Source: Pedosphaera sp. (GTDB taxonomy: Bacteria > Verrucomicrobiota > Verrucomicrobiia > Limisphaerales > SIBH01). From it: a DNA stretch of 57,363 nucleotides. The DNA lies in the NCBI GenBank assembly GCA_031414955.1, contig JANOQV010000032.1, positions 1 to 57,363 on the forward strand, given 5' to 3'. Shown in pieces: positions 47,480-57,363 of the stretch. Position 1 is the stretch's first letter; each line of letters begins with the position of its first letter. Position numbers and translations under genes: made by a program. The notes under the pieces are model-generated. The model searched no databases. It was not told the origin of the DNA and saw only the letters and a program-made list of their open reading frames with translations.

Positions 47480-49132
47480 TCACGGCCGTCGCCGGCCGAC
47501 ACGATAGAAGGCCTGGCCCGCGGGCGGATTGGTGTCGGTCAGCGACATCAAGCCTCCTGAGCCGGGTAGCGATGGGCTGACCTCTGTCCAGCCATCGAAC
47601 AAGACCGATCGCTCCAGCACATAGAGGCGGTTCGTCGCCGTCGTGAACTGCACCCGCCAGCCGTTGGTCGTGGTTTCGTAGGTGATGACAGAGAACGACG
47701 GCTCGGCCTTCGGCGTCAGCACGAAGGAAAGATTGTCGGCGCTCGCGTCGTTCGAGCCGGTGACGAGGCGGTTGGTGAGGGCAAGCTCGACGAATCTCGT
47801 ACCCGCGGGCAGCGAGCCGTTGGTGCCGCGTTCCCAGAGTCCGGTCACGCCGCCACGGTCAGCGGACATTACGTTGCCGATGAGGTTGGATCCGATGACA
47901 GCGCCGGCGGAATTGAGGAACCGGGCGACCAGCGCGGAGAAATCCCCTTGCGTTCCCGCGCCGCCGAACCAGCCGGACAGGGCATAGTCCACGCCGGGAT
48001 CATCGATGTTGGCGGCGAGGTCCGTGAGATTAATTCGCTGTGACAACCAGCCGTTCGAGCTTCCGCCGAGGAAAAAGTTCGCGCCGCGATTGGTCGGGCC
48101 GGGACTGAGCAGCGACGGAAAGTTTGTGTTCGCCCCGTACACGCCGAGGGTTGTGCTCGAAATGTCGAACCACCAGGCGACGCCCCGGTTCGGCGTGTAG
48201 TTGTTCGTGCCAGAGTTCGATTCAGCGTCACCATTGAAAATCAGGTTGGTGTCGTAGGATGTGGGCGGCGGCGGCGCACCCACCATGCGCGCATCGAGGT
48301 TCCACGCCGGATCGATGGGCACGTTCATGTGGGTCAGCACCGCCGCGCACACATCCACGATGGAGGGCGAGGGCCAGATTACTCCGCGCGCCGTGGTCGG
48401 CCCGCTCAGGATCGTGAACACGATCCGGGACCGTTCTGCATCGGGATGATCATGCTCGCCGTGGTCGGTCTGCACGATGACCAGCCAGTTCTCATTCGAG
48501 TAGCTGACGCGGTTGGTCAGCGCGCCGATAATCTGGCCGACCCGGCCGTCCGCCGTCTGGATGGCCTGCACATAGTTGGGCACCGTCGGTCCCCAGCCGA
48601 AGCTGTGGCCGGCGGAGTCCACGTCCAGCAGGAGCATCCAGAACACGTCGGGATTGGAATTGGTCAATCGCCGGCAAGTCTCATCCGTGACGGCGGCATC
48701 GCTCCCGAAGGAGAGCTTCACGTCCGCCTCTGGCACCGCGGTGAGCATCGGCGACCAGCGCGCGAAGGCGAGGGTGTTGAGATTGCTGTTGGCCGCCTCG
48801 ATCCGCTTGAAGAAGCTGGGGTAGGTCGTGAATTGGTTTCCACTGAAGCTGTTGCCAGGGTCGTTGACGCCGTGTTTGTCGCCCCAGACACCGGTGAACA
48901 TGCTCGACCAGCACGAGGCGCTGTGCGTGACCGGGTGCGTCACCACGCGCACGGAATGGCAGCCGTTGGACTTGAGCGCGTTCAGGTTCGGCGTGTTCGC
49001 CACGGCCACCGCGCTGGGCATGGTGCCATCAATGCCGATGATGAGCACCTTGTTCGTGAGCGCGAGGCTGTGTCCAACCCCACTCCATAAGATCAGCAGA
49101 CTGAACAGTGCAACTTTCATCAATCGTCCCAT
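47480..49132 (-). CDS. Secreted alkaline phosphatase-superfamily (nucleotide pyrophosphatase) protein with C-terminal accessory domains
   Basis: IGIDG, WSSMFTG, DSAGH and TDHG, plus a C-terminal YVLERS...W...TD...FYRV module. Confidence 0.85.
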   Translation of the reverse strand: MGRLMKVALFSLLILWSGVGHSLALTNKVLIIGIDGTMPSAVAVANTPNLNALKSNGCHSVRVVTHPVTHSASCWSSMFTGVWGDKHGVNDPGNSFSGNQFTTYPSFFKRIEAANSNLNTLAFARWSPMLTAVPEADVKLSFGSDAAVTDETCRRLTNSNPDVFWMLLLDVDSAGHSFGWGPTVPNYVQAIQTADGRVGQIIGALTNRVSYSNENWLVIVQTDHGEHDHPDAERSRIVFTILSGPTTARGVIWPSPSIVDVCAAVLTHMNVPIDPAWNLDARMVGAPPPPTSYDTNLIFNGDAESNSGTNNYTPNRGVAWWFDISSTTLGVYGANTNFPSLLSPGPTNRGANFFLGGSSNGWLSQRINLTDLAANIDDPGVDYALSGWFGGAGTQGDFSALVARFLNSAGAVIGSNLIGNVMSADRGGVTGLWERGTNGSLPAGTRFVELALTNRLVTGSNDASADNLSFVLTPKAEPSFSVITYETTTNGWRVQFTTATNRLYVLERSVLFDGWTEVSPSLPGSGGLMSLTDTNPPAGQAFYRVGRRRP

Positions 49133-49290
49133 GCGGACGGGCGCAATGTGGCACGAGCGCGCTCAAAGTCATTCCGAAAGTCGGACGCGGCGGCACACCG
49201 TGGCCTGGTGGAAGGAAGCCTTTCTCCCGAGTCCAACCTGACGAGGAAGATCGAATTTCGCCCCCGGACGGAAAGTCGTTAGATGCAGCC

Positions 49291-50247
49291 ATGAACATCC
49301 CGAACCTGAACGTCTTCGCGCTGACCGTGCTCTGCGCATCCTCTCAAATTCTCCAGCTCCAAGCTGAACAAACCGGCCCGCCGCAACGCGTGCTGGGTGC
49401 GGATGATTCGACCCGGCGGCTCGCCATCATCGCGCCCGATGGCTCGGTGGAATGGGAGATAAAGGTCGGCGCGATTCACGATGCCTCCGTTCTGCCGAAC
49501 GGCAACATCCTCCTTCAGCAAGGCTGGACGAAGATCGTCGAGGTCACGCCGGATAAGAAGACGGTTTGGGAATACGACGCGGGCAAGATGAACGGCAACG
49601 AGGGCAAGCGCGTGGAGGTGCATGCGTTTCAGCGGCTCGAAAACGGGCTGACCATGATCGTGGAGTCCGGCCCCGCGCGCATCCTCGAGGTGGACAAGGA
49701 CGGGAAGATCCAGCACGAGGTGAAACTGAAGGTGAACAAGCCGAACGCGCACAGCGACACACGGCTCGCCCGCAAGATCGCGAACGGAAACTATCTCGTC
49801 GCGCACGAGAGCGACGGATTCGTCCGCGAATACGACGCGACCGGCAAAATTGTTTGGGACTACGAAGTGCCGCTCTTCGGCAAGCCGCGCAAGGGCGGGC
49901 ACGGCCCCGAGGGCTTCGGCAATTCACTCTTCAGCGCCGTTCGCCTCGACAACGGCAACACGCTCATCGGCGGCGGCAACGGGCATTGCGTGCTCGAAGT
50001 GACGCCGCAAAAAGAAATCGTGTGGAAGCTGGAACAGAATGATCTGCCCGGCATCACGCTCGCCTGGGTGACGCGCGTCGAGCGGCTGCCGAACGGCAAC
50101 ACGCGCTTCGGTAATTGCCACGCCCGGCCGGAGAACCCGCAGTTCATCGAGGTGACCAAGGACAAGAAGGTGGTGTGGACCTTCAAGGACTTCAAAAACT
50201 TCGGCGACTCCATGCCGGTGCAGGCGGTGCTGGAAGCGAGGAAGTGA
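49291..50247 (+). CDS. Secreted beta-propeller protein (PQQ-like/arylsulfotransferase-like repeats)
   Basis: Repeated LxNGNxL...EV...K.VW blades. Confidence 0.8.
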   Translation: MNIPNLNVFALTVLCASSQILQLQAEQTGPPQRVLGADDSTRRLAIIAPDGSVEWEIKVGAIHDASVLPNGNILLQQGWTKIVEVTPDKKTVWEYDAGKMNGNEGKRVEVHAFQRLENGLTMIVESGPARILEVDKDGKIQHEVKLKVNKPNAHSDTRLARKIANGNYLVAHESDGFVREYDATGKIVWDYEVPLFGKPRKGGHGPEGFGNSLFSAVRLDNGNTLIGGGNGHCVLEVTPQKEIVWKLEQNDLPGITLAWVTRVERLPNGNTRFGNCHARPENPQFIEVTKDKKVVWTFKDFKNFGDSMPVQAVLEARK

Positions 50248-50315
50248 TGCTGCTCGCTCGCGAGGTGCTGGCGGTTCCCCGCCATCGGAGCGCGGACCAC
50301 CGAGTCCGCGCATTC

Positions 50316-52655
50316 ATGCGTTTTCCACCGGGGTCACTCTTGGAGGTTTTTCCGTTCGCGCGCACATGGCTTGCCGCGCTCCGTATTGCTTCGGGCGCCG
50401 GGCTGATCCTGGCGGTTGCCGCGAGCCAACTCACAGCAGCGGAACCAAACGCCGCCGGCCTCGAGTACTTCGAGCGCAAGGTGCGCCCGCTGCTCGCCGA
50501 AAATTGCTACTCCTGCCACGGCGAGAAGAAACAGAAAGGCAAACTGCGGCTCGATTCTCCAGGGGCGATTCGCGCCGGCGGCGAGAGTGGCGCAATCTTT
50601 ACCCCAGGCAAACCGGACGAGAGCCGGATCATCCTCGCCGTCGGCTACCAGGACGAGGACTTGAAGATGCCGCCGAAGAAGCGGCTCTCTCCGCAACAAG
50701 TCGCCGACCTGGCTGAATGGGTCAGACTCGGCGCGCCGATGCCGGCCAGCGACGCCGCAGCCACGGCACCGGCGCGGAAGGAATTTCAAATCACGGCCAA
50801 GGACCGGGCGCACTGGGCCTTTCAGCCGTTGAAGCGTCCCGAGGTTCCGAAGCTCACAAGACGTCAGCCTGTGAATCCAATCGACGCCTTCATTCTCACC
50901 AAGTTGAAGACGAAGGGCCTCACCGCGAATCCGACTGCGACCCGACAGGAGTTGGTTCGCCGCGCCACTTACGACCTCACGGGATTGCCGCCCTCGCCCG
51001 CCGAGGTCGAAGCCTTCCTCGCCGACAAGTCACCGCGAGCCTGGGAGAACCTCATCGACCGCCTGCTCGACTCGCCGCGCTATGGCGAGAAGTGGGGACG
51101 CCACTGGCTCGACCTCGTGCGCTATGCGGAGAGCAACAGCTACGAGCGCGACAACCCCAAGCCCCACGCCTGGCGCTATCGCGATTACGTCATCCAGTCC
51201 TTCAACGCCGACAAGCCCTACGACCAGTTCATGCGCGAGCAATTGGCCGGCGATGAGTTCGCGAAGTCTGACGACGACGCGATTATCGCGACCGGCTTCT
51301 ACCGGCTGGGCATCTGGGATGACGAACCCGCGGACAAGGAACTCGCTCTCTACGACGGGCTGGACGACATCGTGGCGACGACGGGCCAGGTCTTTCTCGG
51401 CCTCACGGTCGATTGCGCGCGCTGCCACCACCACAAGATCGATCCGATTTCGCAGCAGGACTATTACCGGCTGCTGGCCTTCTTCCGAAACGTCAGCCCG
51501 TACCAGAACAGCGGCGCGACGGTGGAGATTCCCCTGCCGGGCCAGGCGGGCGAGAAGGCGCTGGCGGTGAGTGAAGGCGGGACCAAAGCGCCGCCGACGT
51601 TCGTTTTGATGCGGGGCAATCCGAAAGTTCACGGGGACAAAGTGGAACCCGGTTTTCCGCAAGTGCTCGGCGCGGGTGAACCAACGCTGGCGGAGGTGAA
51701 GCCTGGCCCCAAGACGTCCGGACGCCGCACCGCGCTCGCGAACTGGCTCGCCTCGCCGGAGAATCCGCTCACCGCCCGCGTGATGGTGAACCGCATTTGG
51801 CAACACCACTTCGGGCGAGGCCTGGTGCGTTCGCCGAACAACTTCGGCTTGCAAGGCGACGTGCCGACGCATCCTGAACTGCTCGACTGGCTGGCGGCAG
51901 AACTGATGAAGCCTGGGGTTTCGGGTCTGGGTTCTCGGGCCGAGACGCCAGGCGCCAGACCCCATCCCCTCCCGTGGACACTCAAGCACATGCACCGCCT
52001 CATCATGACTTCGCAGGCTTACCAGATGTCCTCGCGTGGACAAGCGGAGGCGCTGAGGAAGGATCCCGCGAACGATTCGTTCTGGCGCTTCGATCTGCGG
52101 CGGCTCACGGCCGAGGAAATCCGCGACTCGGTTCTCGCCCTCAACGGCACGCTCAATCTGAAAATGTTTGGCCCCAGCATCTACGTGGAGATTCCGAAAG
52201 AGGTGCTGGCCGGCCAGTCGCGGCCCGGCCAGAACTGGGGCAAGTCACCACCCGAAGAACAGGCCCGGCGCAGCATCTACATCCACCTGAAGCGCTCGCT
52301 GCTCACGCCGATTCTGGAGAGCCTTGACCTTGCGGACCCGGACCGCTCGACGCCGGTGCGTTTCTCGACCGTGCAACCGACCCAGGCCCTGGGGATGATC
52401 AACAGCGAGTTCCTTAACCGACAGGCCGAGTTGTTCGCCACGCGCCTGCGCCAGGGGGCTGGTGGCGAGGTGCGCCTACAAGTCCGCCTCGGGTTGTATC
52501 TTGCCACCTCGCGCGAGCCGTCCAGCGACGAGGTGAAACGAGGCGTGCGTTTGATCGAATCGTTGCAGAAGGAAGAACACATCCCGATCGAGGTCGCCTT
52601 GAAATACTTCTGTCTCATGGCGTTGAATTTGAATGAATTGGTTTACCTCAACTGA
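50316..52655 (+). CDS. PSD1/planctomycete cytochrome c protein (DUF1549/DUF1553)
   Basis: CYSCHG, HWAFQP, YGEKWGRHWLD, CARCHHHK and PTHPELLDWLA. Alternative start at 50247. Confidence 0.92.
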   Translation: MRFPPGSLLEVFPFARTWLAALRIASGAGLILAVAASQLTAAEPNAAGLEYFERKVRPLLAENCYSCHGEKKQKGKLRLDSPGAIRAGGESGAIFTPGKPDESRIILAVGYQDEDLKMPPKKRLSPQQVADLAEWVRLGAPMPASDAAATAPARKEFQITAKDRAHWAFQPLKRPEVPKLTRRQPVNPIDAFILTKLKTKGLTANPTATRQELVRRATYDLTGLPPSPAEVEAFLADKSPRAWENLIDRLLDSPRYGEKWGRHWLDLVRYAESNSYERDNPKPHAWRYRDYVIQSFNADKPYDQFMREQLAGDEFAKSDDDAIIATGFYRLGIWDDEPADKELALYDGLDDIVATTGQVFLGLTVDCARCHHHKIDPISQQDYYRLLAFFRNVSPYQNSGATVEIPLPGQAGEKALAVSEGGTKAPPTFVLMRGNPKVHGDKVEPGFPQVLGAGEPTLAEVKPGPKTSGRRTALANWLASPENPLTARVMVNRIWQHHFGRGLVRSPNNFGLQGDVPTHPELLDWLAAELMKPGVSGLGSRAETPGARPHPLPWTLKHMHRLIMTSQAYQMSSRGQAEALRKDPANDSFWRFDLRRLTAEEIRDSVLALNGTLNLKMFGPSIYVEIPKEVLAGQSRPGQNWGKSPPEEQARRSIYIHLKRSLLTPILESLDLADPDRSTPVRFSTVQPTQALGMINSEFLNRQAELFATRLRQGAGGEVRLQVRLGLYLATSREPSSDEVKRGVRLIESLQKEEHIPIEVALKYFCLMALNLNELVYLN

Positions 52656-52854
52656 AGGCTGACCGCCCTCAGGCCCCCAACGCTTTGGGAGACTCGGGCA
52701 AGCTTGAGGCCAAGGTCGTCCCAATCCGATCGATCACCCTGGCGGGCACGGGAGTGAGTGCGACCAATAGAGGTTTTTTTCAGCTTCGGTCACCTGCCTG
52801 CCGGTCGGCTGGCCGGGCTTGCCCTCCGTTCCTGCTCGGAGTTGAATCCTGCCC

Positions 52855-55017
52855 ATGCGCCCCATTCCATCATGGTTGTTTCTTGTCCTGCTCGGGCTGC
52901 TGCACGGCGCGCACGCGGCCTCGCCGCCTTTCCGCGCCGGCGCCCACGCGGTGGAAATTTCACCCACCGGATTTCCCGTGCGCGTGAACGCTATGTTCAC
53001 CGAGCGGTCGGCGGACAAGGTCGTTGATCCTCTCTTCGCCAAAGCGCTCGCACTCGATGACGGCACGACGCGACTCGTGCTGTGCGTCGTGGATACGTGC
53101 ATGATGCCGCGCGACCTCATCGATCGCGCGAAGGCTGACGCCAGCAAGGTCACGGGCATTCCCACGGAGCGCATGCTGGTCTCCGCCACGCACACGCATT
53201 CCGCGCCGTCGGCGATGAGCTGTCTGGGCAGTCGCGTGGATCCGGGCTATGCGGCGTTTCTGCCGGGGCGAGTTACCGCGGCCATCGTCGGCGCTGTCGA
53301 GCGACTGGCTTCGGCGCGCATCGGCTGGGCGCAGGCGGATGACTGGGAGCACACTTTCAATCGTCGCTGGATTCGGCGTCCCGACAAAATGCTCACCGAC
53401 CCCTTCGGTCAGCGCAACGTGCGCGCGAACATGCATCCCGGTCACGAAAGCCAGGACGCCATCGGTCCGAGCGGCCCGGTTGATCCGCAACTCTCCGTGC
53501 TGGCCGTGCAACGCGCCGATGGGAAACCGCTCGCGCTCCTCGCGAATTACTCGATGCACTATTACGAATCCGCGCTGCTCTCGTCGGATTACTTCGGACG
53601 CTTCGCCCGCCACGTTGCGACCATGCTCGGCGCGGACGACGCCTTCGTTGGCATCATGTCGCAGGGAACGAGCGGTGATTTGATGTGGATGGATTACGGC
53701 GCGCCCCGCCGCCAGATCGGCTACGACGCCTACGCGAAGGAAGTGGCCCAGCGCGTCGCGGACATGGTGCGTGGGATTAAGTGGCAGGAATCCGCACCGT
53801 TGAAGATGGCCGAGCGCAAAATCGAACTCGGCTATCGTGTGCCCGACAAGAAGCGCCTTGCCTGGGCGCGCGAGATGGCCGCGAAACTCGGCGACAAGCT
53901 CCCGCATTCGCAGGCGGAGATTTACGCGCTCGAAGCAATTCATCTGCACGAGCGCCCGCGAACGGAGTTGAAAGTCCAGGCGTTGCGCATCGGCGAACTC
54001 GGCATCGCCGCGCTGCCGAATGAAGTGTTCGCCATCACCGGCTTGAAGCTGAAACAGCGCAGCCCCTTCGCCGCCACTTTCAACATTGAACTCGCCAACG
54101 GTGCCGAGGGCTACATCCCGCCAGCGGAACAGCACAAGCTCGGCGGCTACACGACGTGGCCCGCGCGCACCGCCGGACTGGAGACCAACGCCGAGCCGCG
54201 CATCGTCGAGACGACGCTCGCGCTGCTGGAGGAAGTCGCGGGCCGTCCGCGCCGCGCGCCGGCTGACGCGCCCGGTCCTTACGCCCGCGCCGTGCTCGAC
54301 TCGAAGCCCGAAGCCTATTGGCGCTTCGAGGAAATGGTCATCCCCACGGCGCGTGACGCGACGGGCAAACACAATGCGACATTCGAGGACGGCATCGCGC
54401 TCTACCTGCCCGGCGCGGATGGGCGAGTCGGGCATCAGCCGCCGCAACCGCCGGCGACGAATGCTTTTTCCGGGCCGCGCATCAATCGCGCCGCGCACTT
54501 CGCTGGTGGCCGTGTGCGTGCGAATGTTCCGCTCGGCGAGAATTACTCCATCGAACTGTGGCTGTGGATTGGACTGCCCGCCGACGCACGCGCGGTCGCG
54601 GGCTATGTCTTCTCGCGCGGCCCCGATGGCGACAAGGCCGCGCGTGGCGAGCACCTCGGCATCGGCGGCACGTTTCGCGCTGACCTCACGGGCAAATTGA
54701 TTCTCTTCAACGGCAACGAGCGCGATGAAGTGTTGGTCGGACGCAATACGCTAGCCTTGCGTGCGTGGCATCACGTCGTGCTGGTGCGCGAGGGCGGCAA
54801 GGTGCGGGTACAACTCGATGGCCGCGCCGAGCCGGAAATTTCCGGCACGTTTCAGCACACCGTTCCGGCGGGCGAAAACGCGATCTTCATCGGTGGTCGC
54901 AACGACGGCCTGTTCAACTTCGAAGGCAAGCTCGACGAAGTGGCGCTGTATCCGCGCGCCCTCCCGCCGGCCGACATCGCCGCGCGCTTCAAAGCCTCGG
55001 CGCTGGAGGCGCGTTGA
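52855..55017 (+). CDS. Neutral ceramidase-like hydrolase fused to a LamG domain
   Basis: ATHTHSAP, NYSMHY and ELANG.EGYIP, plus C-terminal AYWRF...WHHVVLV...FEGKLDEVALY. Confidence 0.82.
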   Translation: MRPIPSWLFLVLLGLLHGAHAASPPFRAGAHAVEISPTGFPVRVNAMFTERSADKVVDPLFAKALALDDGTTRLVLCVVDTCMMPRDLIDRAKADASKVTGIPTERMLVSATHTHSAPSAMSCLGSRVDPGYAAFLPGRVTAAIVGAVERLASARIGWAQADDWEHTFNRRWIRRPDKMLTDPFGQRNVRANMHPGHESQDAIGPSGPVDPQLSVLAVQRADGKPLALLANYSMHYYESALLSSDYFGRFARHVATMLGADDAFVGIMSQGTSGDLMWMDYGAPRRQIGYDAYAKEVAQRVADMVRGIKWQESAPLKMAERKIELGYRVPDKKRLAWAREMAAKLGDKLPHSQAEIYALEAIHLHERPRTELKVQALRIGELGIAALPNEVFAITGLKLKQRSPFAATFNIELANGAEGYIPPAEQHKLGGYTTWPARTAGLETNAEPRIVETTLALLEEVAGRPRRAPADAPGPYARAVLDSKPEAYWRFEEMVIPTARDATGKHNATFEDGIALYLPGADGRVGHQPPQPPATNAFSGPRINRAAHFAGGRVRANVPLGENYSIELWLWIGLPADARAVAGYVFSRGPDGDKAARGEHLGIGGTFRADLTGKLILFNGNERDEVLVGRNTLALRAWHHVVLVREGGKVRVQLDGRAEPEISGTFQHTVPAGENAIFIGGRNDGLFNFEGKLDEVALYPRALPPADIAARFKASALEAR

Positions 55018-55084
55018 GCGGCAGGCCGGCGAGATATGATTTTCGTTCCATCAGAGAACCTGCTAGGGCTAAGGGGCGTTTCCG

Positions 55085-55846
55085 ATGAAACTACCTGCGG
55101 CAGACAACGAGCATCCGCCAGGCGCACCCGCGCCTGTGCCGGATTTTCCGACCACCCACTGGACGCTGGTGACGCGCGTGCGACAGGGCGGCACCGTGCG
55201 GCAGTCGGCGCTCGAGGAGTTGTGCCGCCTCTACTGGTATCCCATCTATGCGTTTCTCCGCCGGCGTGGCTATCCGCAGCATGACGCGGAGGATCTGACG
55301 CAAGGCTTCTTCGTGAAGCTGCTCTCCGACGAAACCTTCGATGCCGCACAGTCGGACAAGGGGCGGTTGCGGACGTTTCTGCTCTGTTCGCTGGACTGTC
55401 ACCTTGCGGACCAGCAGCGCCGCCAGGGCGCGTTGAAGCGAGGTGGAGGCCGGCAAGTCATCTCCTTCGAGGAGTTGCACGCTGAGGAACGCTACGCGCT
55501 GGAGCCGCAGGATCGGCGCGATCCCGAATGGCTGTTCACGCAAGCCTGGGCGCATCTGCTCATCGACGGCGTGCGCGACAAACTGCGCGAGATCTTCGCT
55601 GAGACGGGAAGGGAAGGCGTCTTCGAATCGCTGCTCCCTTTCTTGCTCGGTCATGATGCGCCTCCTTCCTACCGCGAAGTCGCGGCGAAGCTCGAAGCCA
55701 GCGAGACGGCGGTGCGGCTGCTGGTCTTCCGGGCGCGGGCGAAGTTCCGCGAACTGCTGCGCGATGAAGTGGCCCGCACCGTCCTCGTGCCGGAGGACGT
55801 GCCGGGGGAAATGGAGTGGCTCAAGTCCGTGCTGGCTGCGGCATGA
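55085..55846 (+). CDS. ECF-type sigma-70 factor
   Basis: FPTTHWTLV, LCRLYWYPIYAFLRRRG, DAEDLTQGFF, GRLRTFL and a C-terminal HTH. Confidence 0.9.
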   Translation: MKLPAADNEHPPGAPAPVPDFPTTHWTLVTRVRQGGTVRQSALEELCRLYWYPIYAFLRRRGYPQHDAEDLTQGFFVKLLSDETFDAAQSDKGRLRTFLLCSLDCHLADQQRRQGALKRGGGRQVISFEELHAEERYALEPQDRRDPEWLFTQAWAHLLIDGVRDKLREIFAETGREGVFESLLPFLLGHDAPPSYREVAAKLEASETAVRLLVFRARAKFRELLRDEVARTVLVPEDVPGEMEWLKSVLAAA

Positions 55847-57363
55847 GTTCGTCCGAGCCAAAATCATCCGGCTCCAGGCGCGCGTGGCAGCCGCCGTCGC
55901 TTGCCGAACTTCAGGCGCTGCTGCCGGCGTATGAATTCCTCGAACTGATCGGGCGCGGCGGCATGGGCGCGGTCTTCAAGGCCACGCAACGGTCGTTGCA
56001 CCGGACCGTCGCCATCAAGGTGCTGCCGGCCAGCCTGATGGAAGATGCCGACGCGAATTTCGCCGCGCGCTTCCGGCAGGAGGCGCTCACGATGGCCAAG
56101 CTCACTCATCCCGGCATCGTGAGCGTGTTCGAGTCGGGCCAGGCGGGCGGACTGCTCTACATCGTCATGGAGTTCGTGGACGGTACGGACGTGGCGCGGA
56201 TGATTGCGAGCGAAGGAAAACTCGCGCCGCAACTCGCCACGAAACTCCTCACCCAAGTCTGCGACGCGCTCCACTACGCGCACGAACGCGGTGTCGTCCA
56301 CCGCGACATCAAGCCGGCGAACCTGCTCATCACGCGCGACGGCACGGTGAAGATCGCCGACTTCGGCCTGGCCAAGCACGACGATGCCGCGCTGCTCGGC
56401 CTGACGAAAACCAACGTCGCCATCGGCACGCCGGACTTCCTCGCGCCCGAGGCCTGGACACCGCACACGCCGCTCGACGGACGCGCGGACGTGTATGCGC
56501 TGGGCGTGACGCTTTACCAAATGCTCACCGGCGAAGTGCCGCGCGGCTTGTGGAAGATGCCGAGCGTGAAGGCCGGCGTGGACGCGCGCTTCGACGCCAT
56601 CATCGACCGCGCCATGCAGCCGGATCGAGCCGCGCGCTACCAGTCGTCGGCGGAACTGCGTCGGGACTTGGAGAAGATTCAGGCCGGGCCGGAGGAAGGT
56701 GGCTCCGCTCGCGCTGCGAGCGGTGTGGGAATCGACTCGCCTCGCAGCGCGAGGCTGACCACCTCCGGGCCGAGCGATGCTCGGCGCTCCGCTTCGCCCA
56801 GGCTGCGCCGCGTTGCGGCGGCGTTCGTCGCGCTCGCCGTAATTCTTGCTGGCGTCATCGTGGCGATCTGGCCGCGCCCGCCGAAGCGGGAGGTCACCGC
56901 CGCCTTGTCCGGGCCGCAAACGTGGCTCGTCACCAGCGATGCCGACAGCGGCCCCGGCTCCCTGCGCGAGAGCATCCTGAAATCCACCGACGGCGCGACG
57001 ATCACCTTCGCCACGAATCTTTCCGGCCGGACCATCCGGCTCACGAGCGACCAGTTGGTACTGGACCGGAGCCTCACCATTGACGCCTCGGCGCTGCCGG
57101 GCGGGATTCGACTCGACGGCAACGGGCAGTGGCGCGCGTTCAAAGTCGCCAGCAACGCGACCGTGGTTTTGGACTCGCTGACGATCACCAACGGGCGGGC
57201 TCCCGACGGCTCGGGCGGCGGCATTGCCAACGGCGGAGATTTGCTGCTGAAGAACTGCACCGTGGTGGGCAACCGGGCCAAGTCCACGGGCGGCGGCATC
57301 AGCAGCACCGCCGGGAGGCTCGTGATCCTCAACAGCACTTTCACGCGGAACATCGCCGGGAAA
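55843..57363 (+). CDS. Membrane-anchored Ser/Thr protein kinase with extracellular beta-helix-like domain (3'-truncated; not in ORF track)
   Basis: Hand translation shows IGRGGMGAVF, VAIKVL, HRDIKPAN, KIADFGLAK, GTPDFLAPE, a TM segment, then VTSDADSGPGSLRE. Its start overlaps the sigma stop (ATGA). Confidence 0.93.
   Translation, partial: MSSSEPKSSGSRRAWQPPSLAELQALLPAYEFLELIGRGGMGAVFKATQRSLHRTVAIKVLPASLMEDADANFAARFRQEALTMAKLTHPGIVSVFESGQAGGLLYIVMEFVDGTDVARMIASEGKLAPQLATKLLTQVCDALHYAHERGVVHRDIKPANLLITRDGTVKIADFGLAKHDDAALLGLTKTNVAIGTPDFLAPEAWTPHTPLDGRADVYALGVTLYQMLTGEVPRGLWKMPSVKAGVDARFDAIIDRAMQPDRAARYQSSAELRRDLEKIQAGPEEGGSARAASGVGIDSPRSARLTTSGPSDARRSASPRLRRVAAAFVALAVILAGVIVAIWPRPPKREVTAALSGPQTWLVTSDADSGPGSLRESILKSTDGATITFATNLSGRTIRLTSDQLVLDRSLTIDASALPGGIRLDGNGQWRAFKVASNATVVLDSLTITNGRAPDGSGGGIANGGDLLLKNCTVVGNRAKSTGGGISSTAGRLVILNSTFTRNIAGK

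Overview
High-GC bacterial DNA, probably Verrucomicrobiota. This is an inference from the PSD1/planctomycete cytochrome c, the ECF sigma-Ser/Thr kinase pair, the exosortase and the DUF6797-like proteins. The window has four parts. (1) 1-18.6 kb holds metabolic genes: 3' end of mdh, an alpha/beta hydrolase, glpFK, a Tat oxidoreductase, a gluconolactonase, a glutaredoxin, miaB, a transglutaminase-like protein, a beta-propeller protein and DUF885. (2) Inside that region, a low-GC islet at about 2.0-4.07 kb carries small Cys/Zn-finger-type ORFs that the ORF track missed. Beside it is a 220-aa gene preceded by a degenerate array with strict 21-bp phasing. (3) 19.0-43.7 kb is a co-oriented surface-polysaccharide locus: carbamoyltransferase, Wzx, epimerase, methyltransferases, GT11/GT2/GT4 enzymes, Wzy, YdcF and an exosortase. 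It is interrupted by cargo cassettes (a four-helix-bundle gene, three toxin-antitoxin pairs, an AAA ATPase) and by a second 21-bp-phased array. (4) 43.8-57.4 kb holds secreted hydrolases, a PSD1 cytochrome c, a ceramidase-LamG protein, an ECF sigma factor and a kinase cut by the window end. The most unusual signals are the two 21-bp-phased arrays and a set of 7/8-bp short-repeat and palindrome families. These families flank every cargo cassette in the polysaccharide locus and are also inserted in frame in at least five proteins. I saw no rRNA, tRNA, CRISPR array, integrase, transposase or reverse transcriptase. All alignments and counts were made by eye; no database searches were run.
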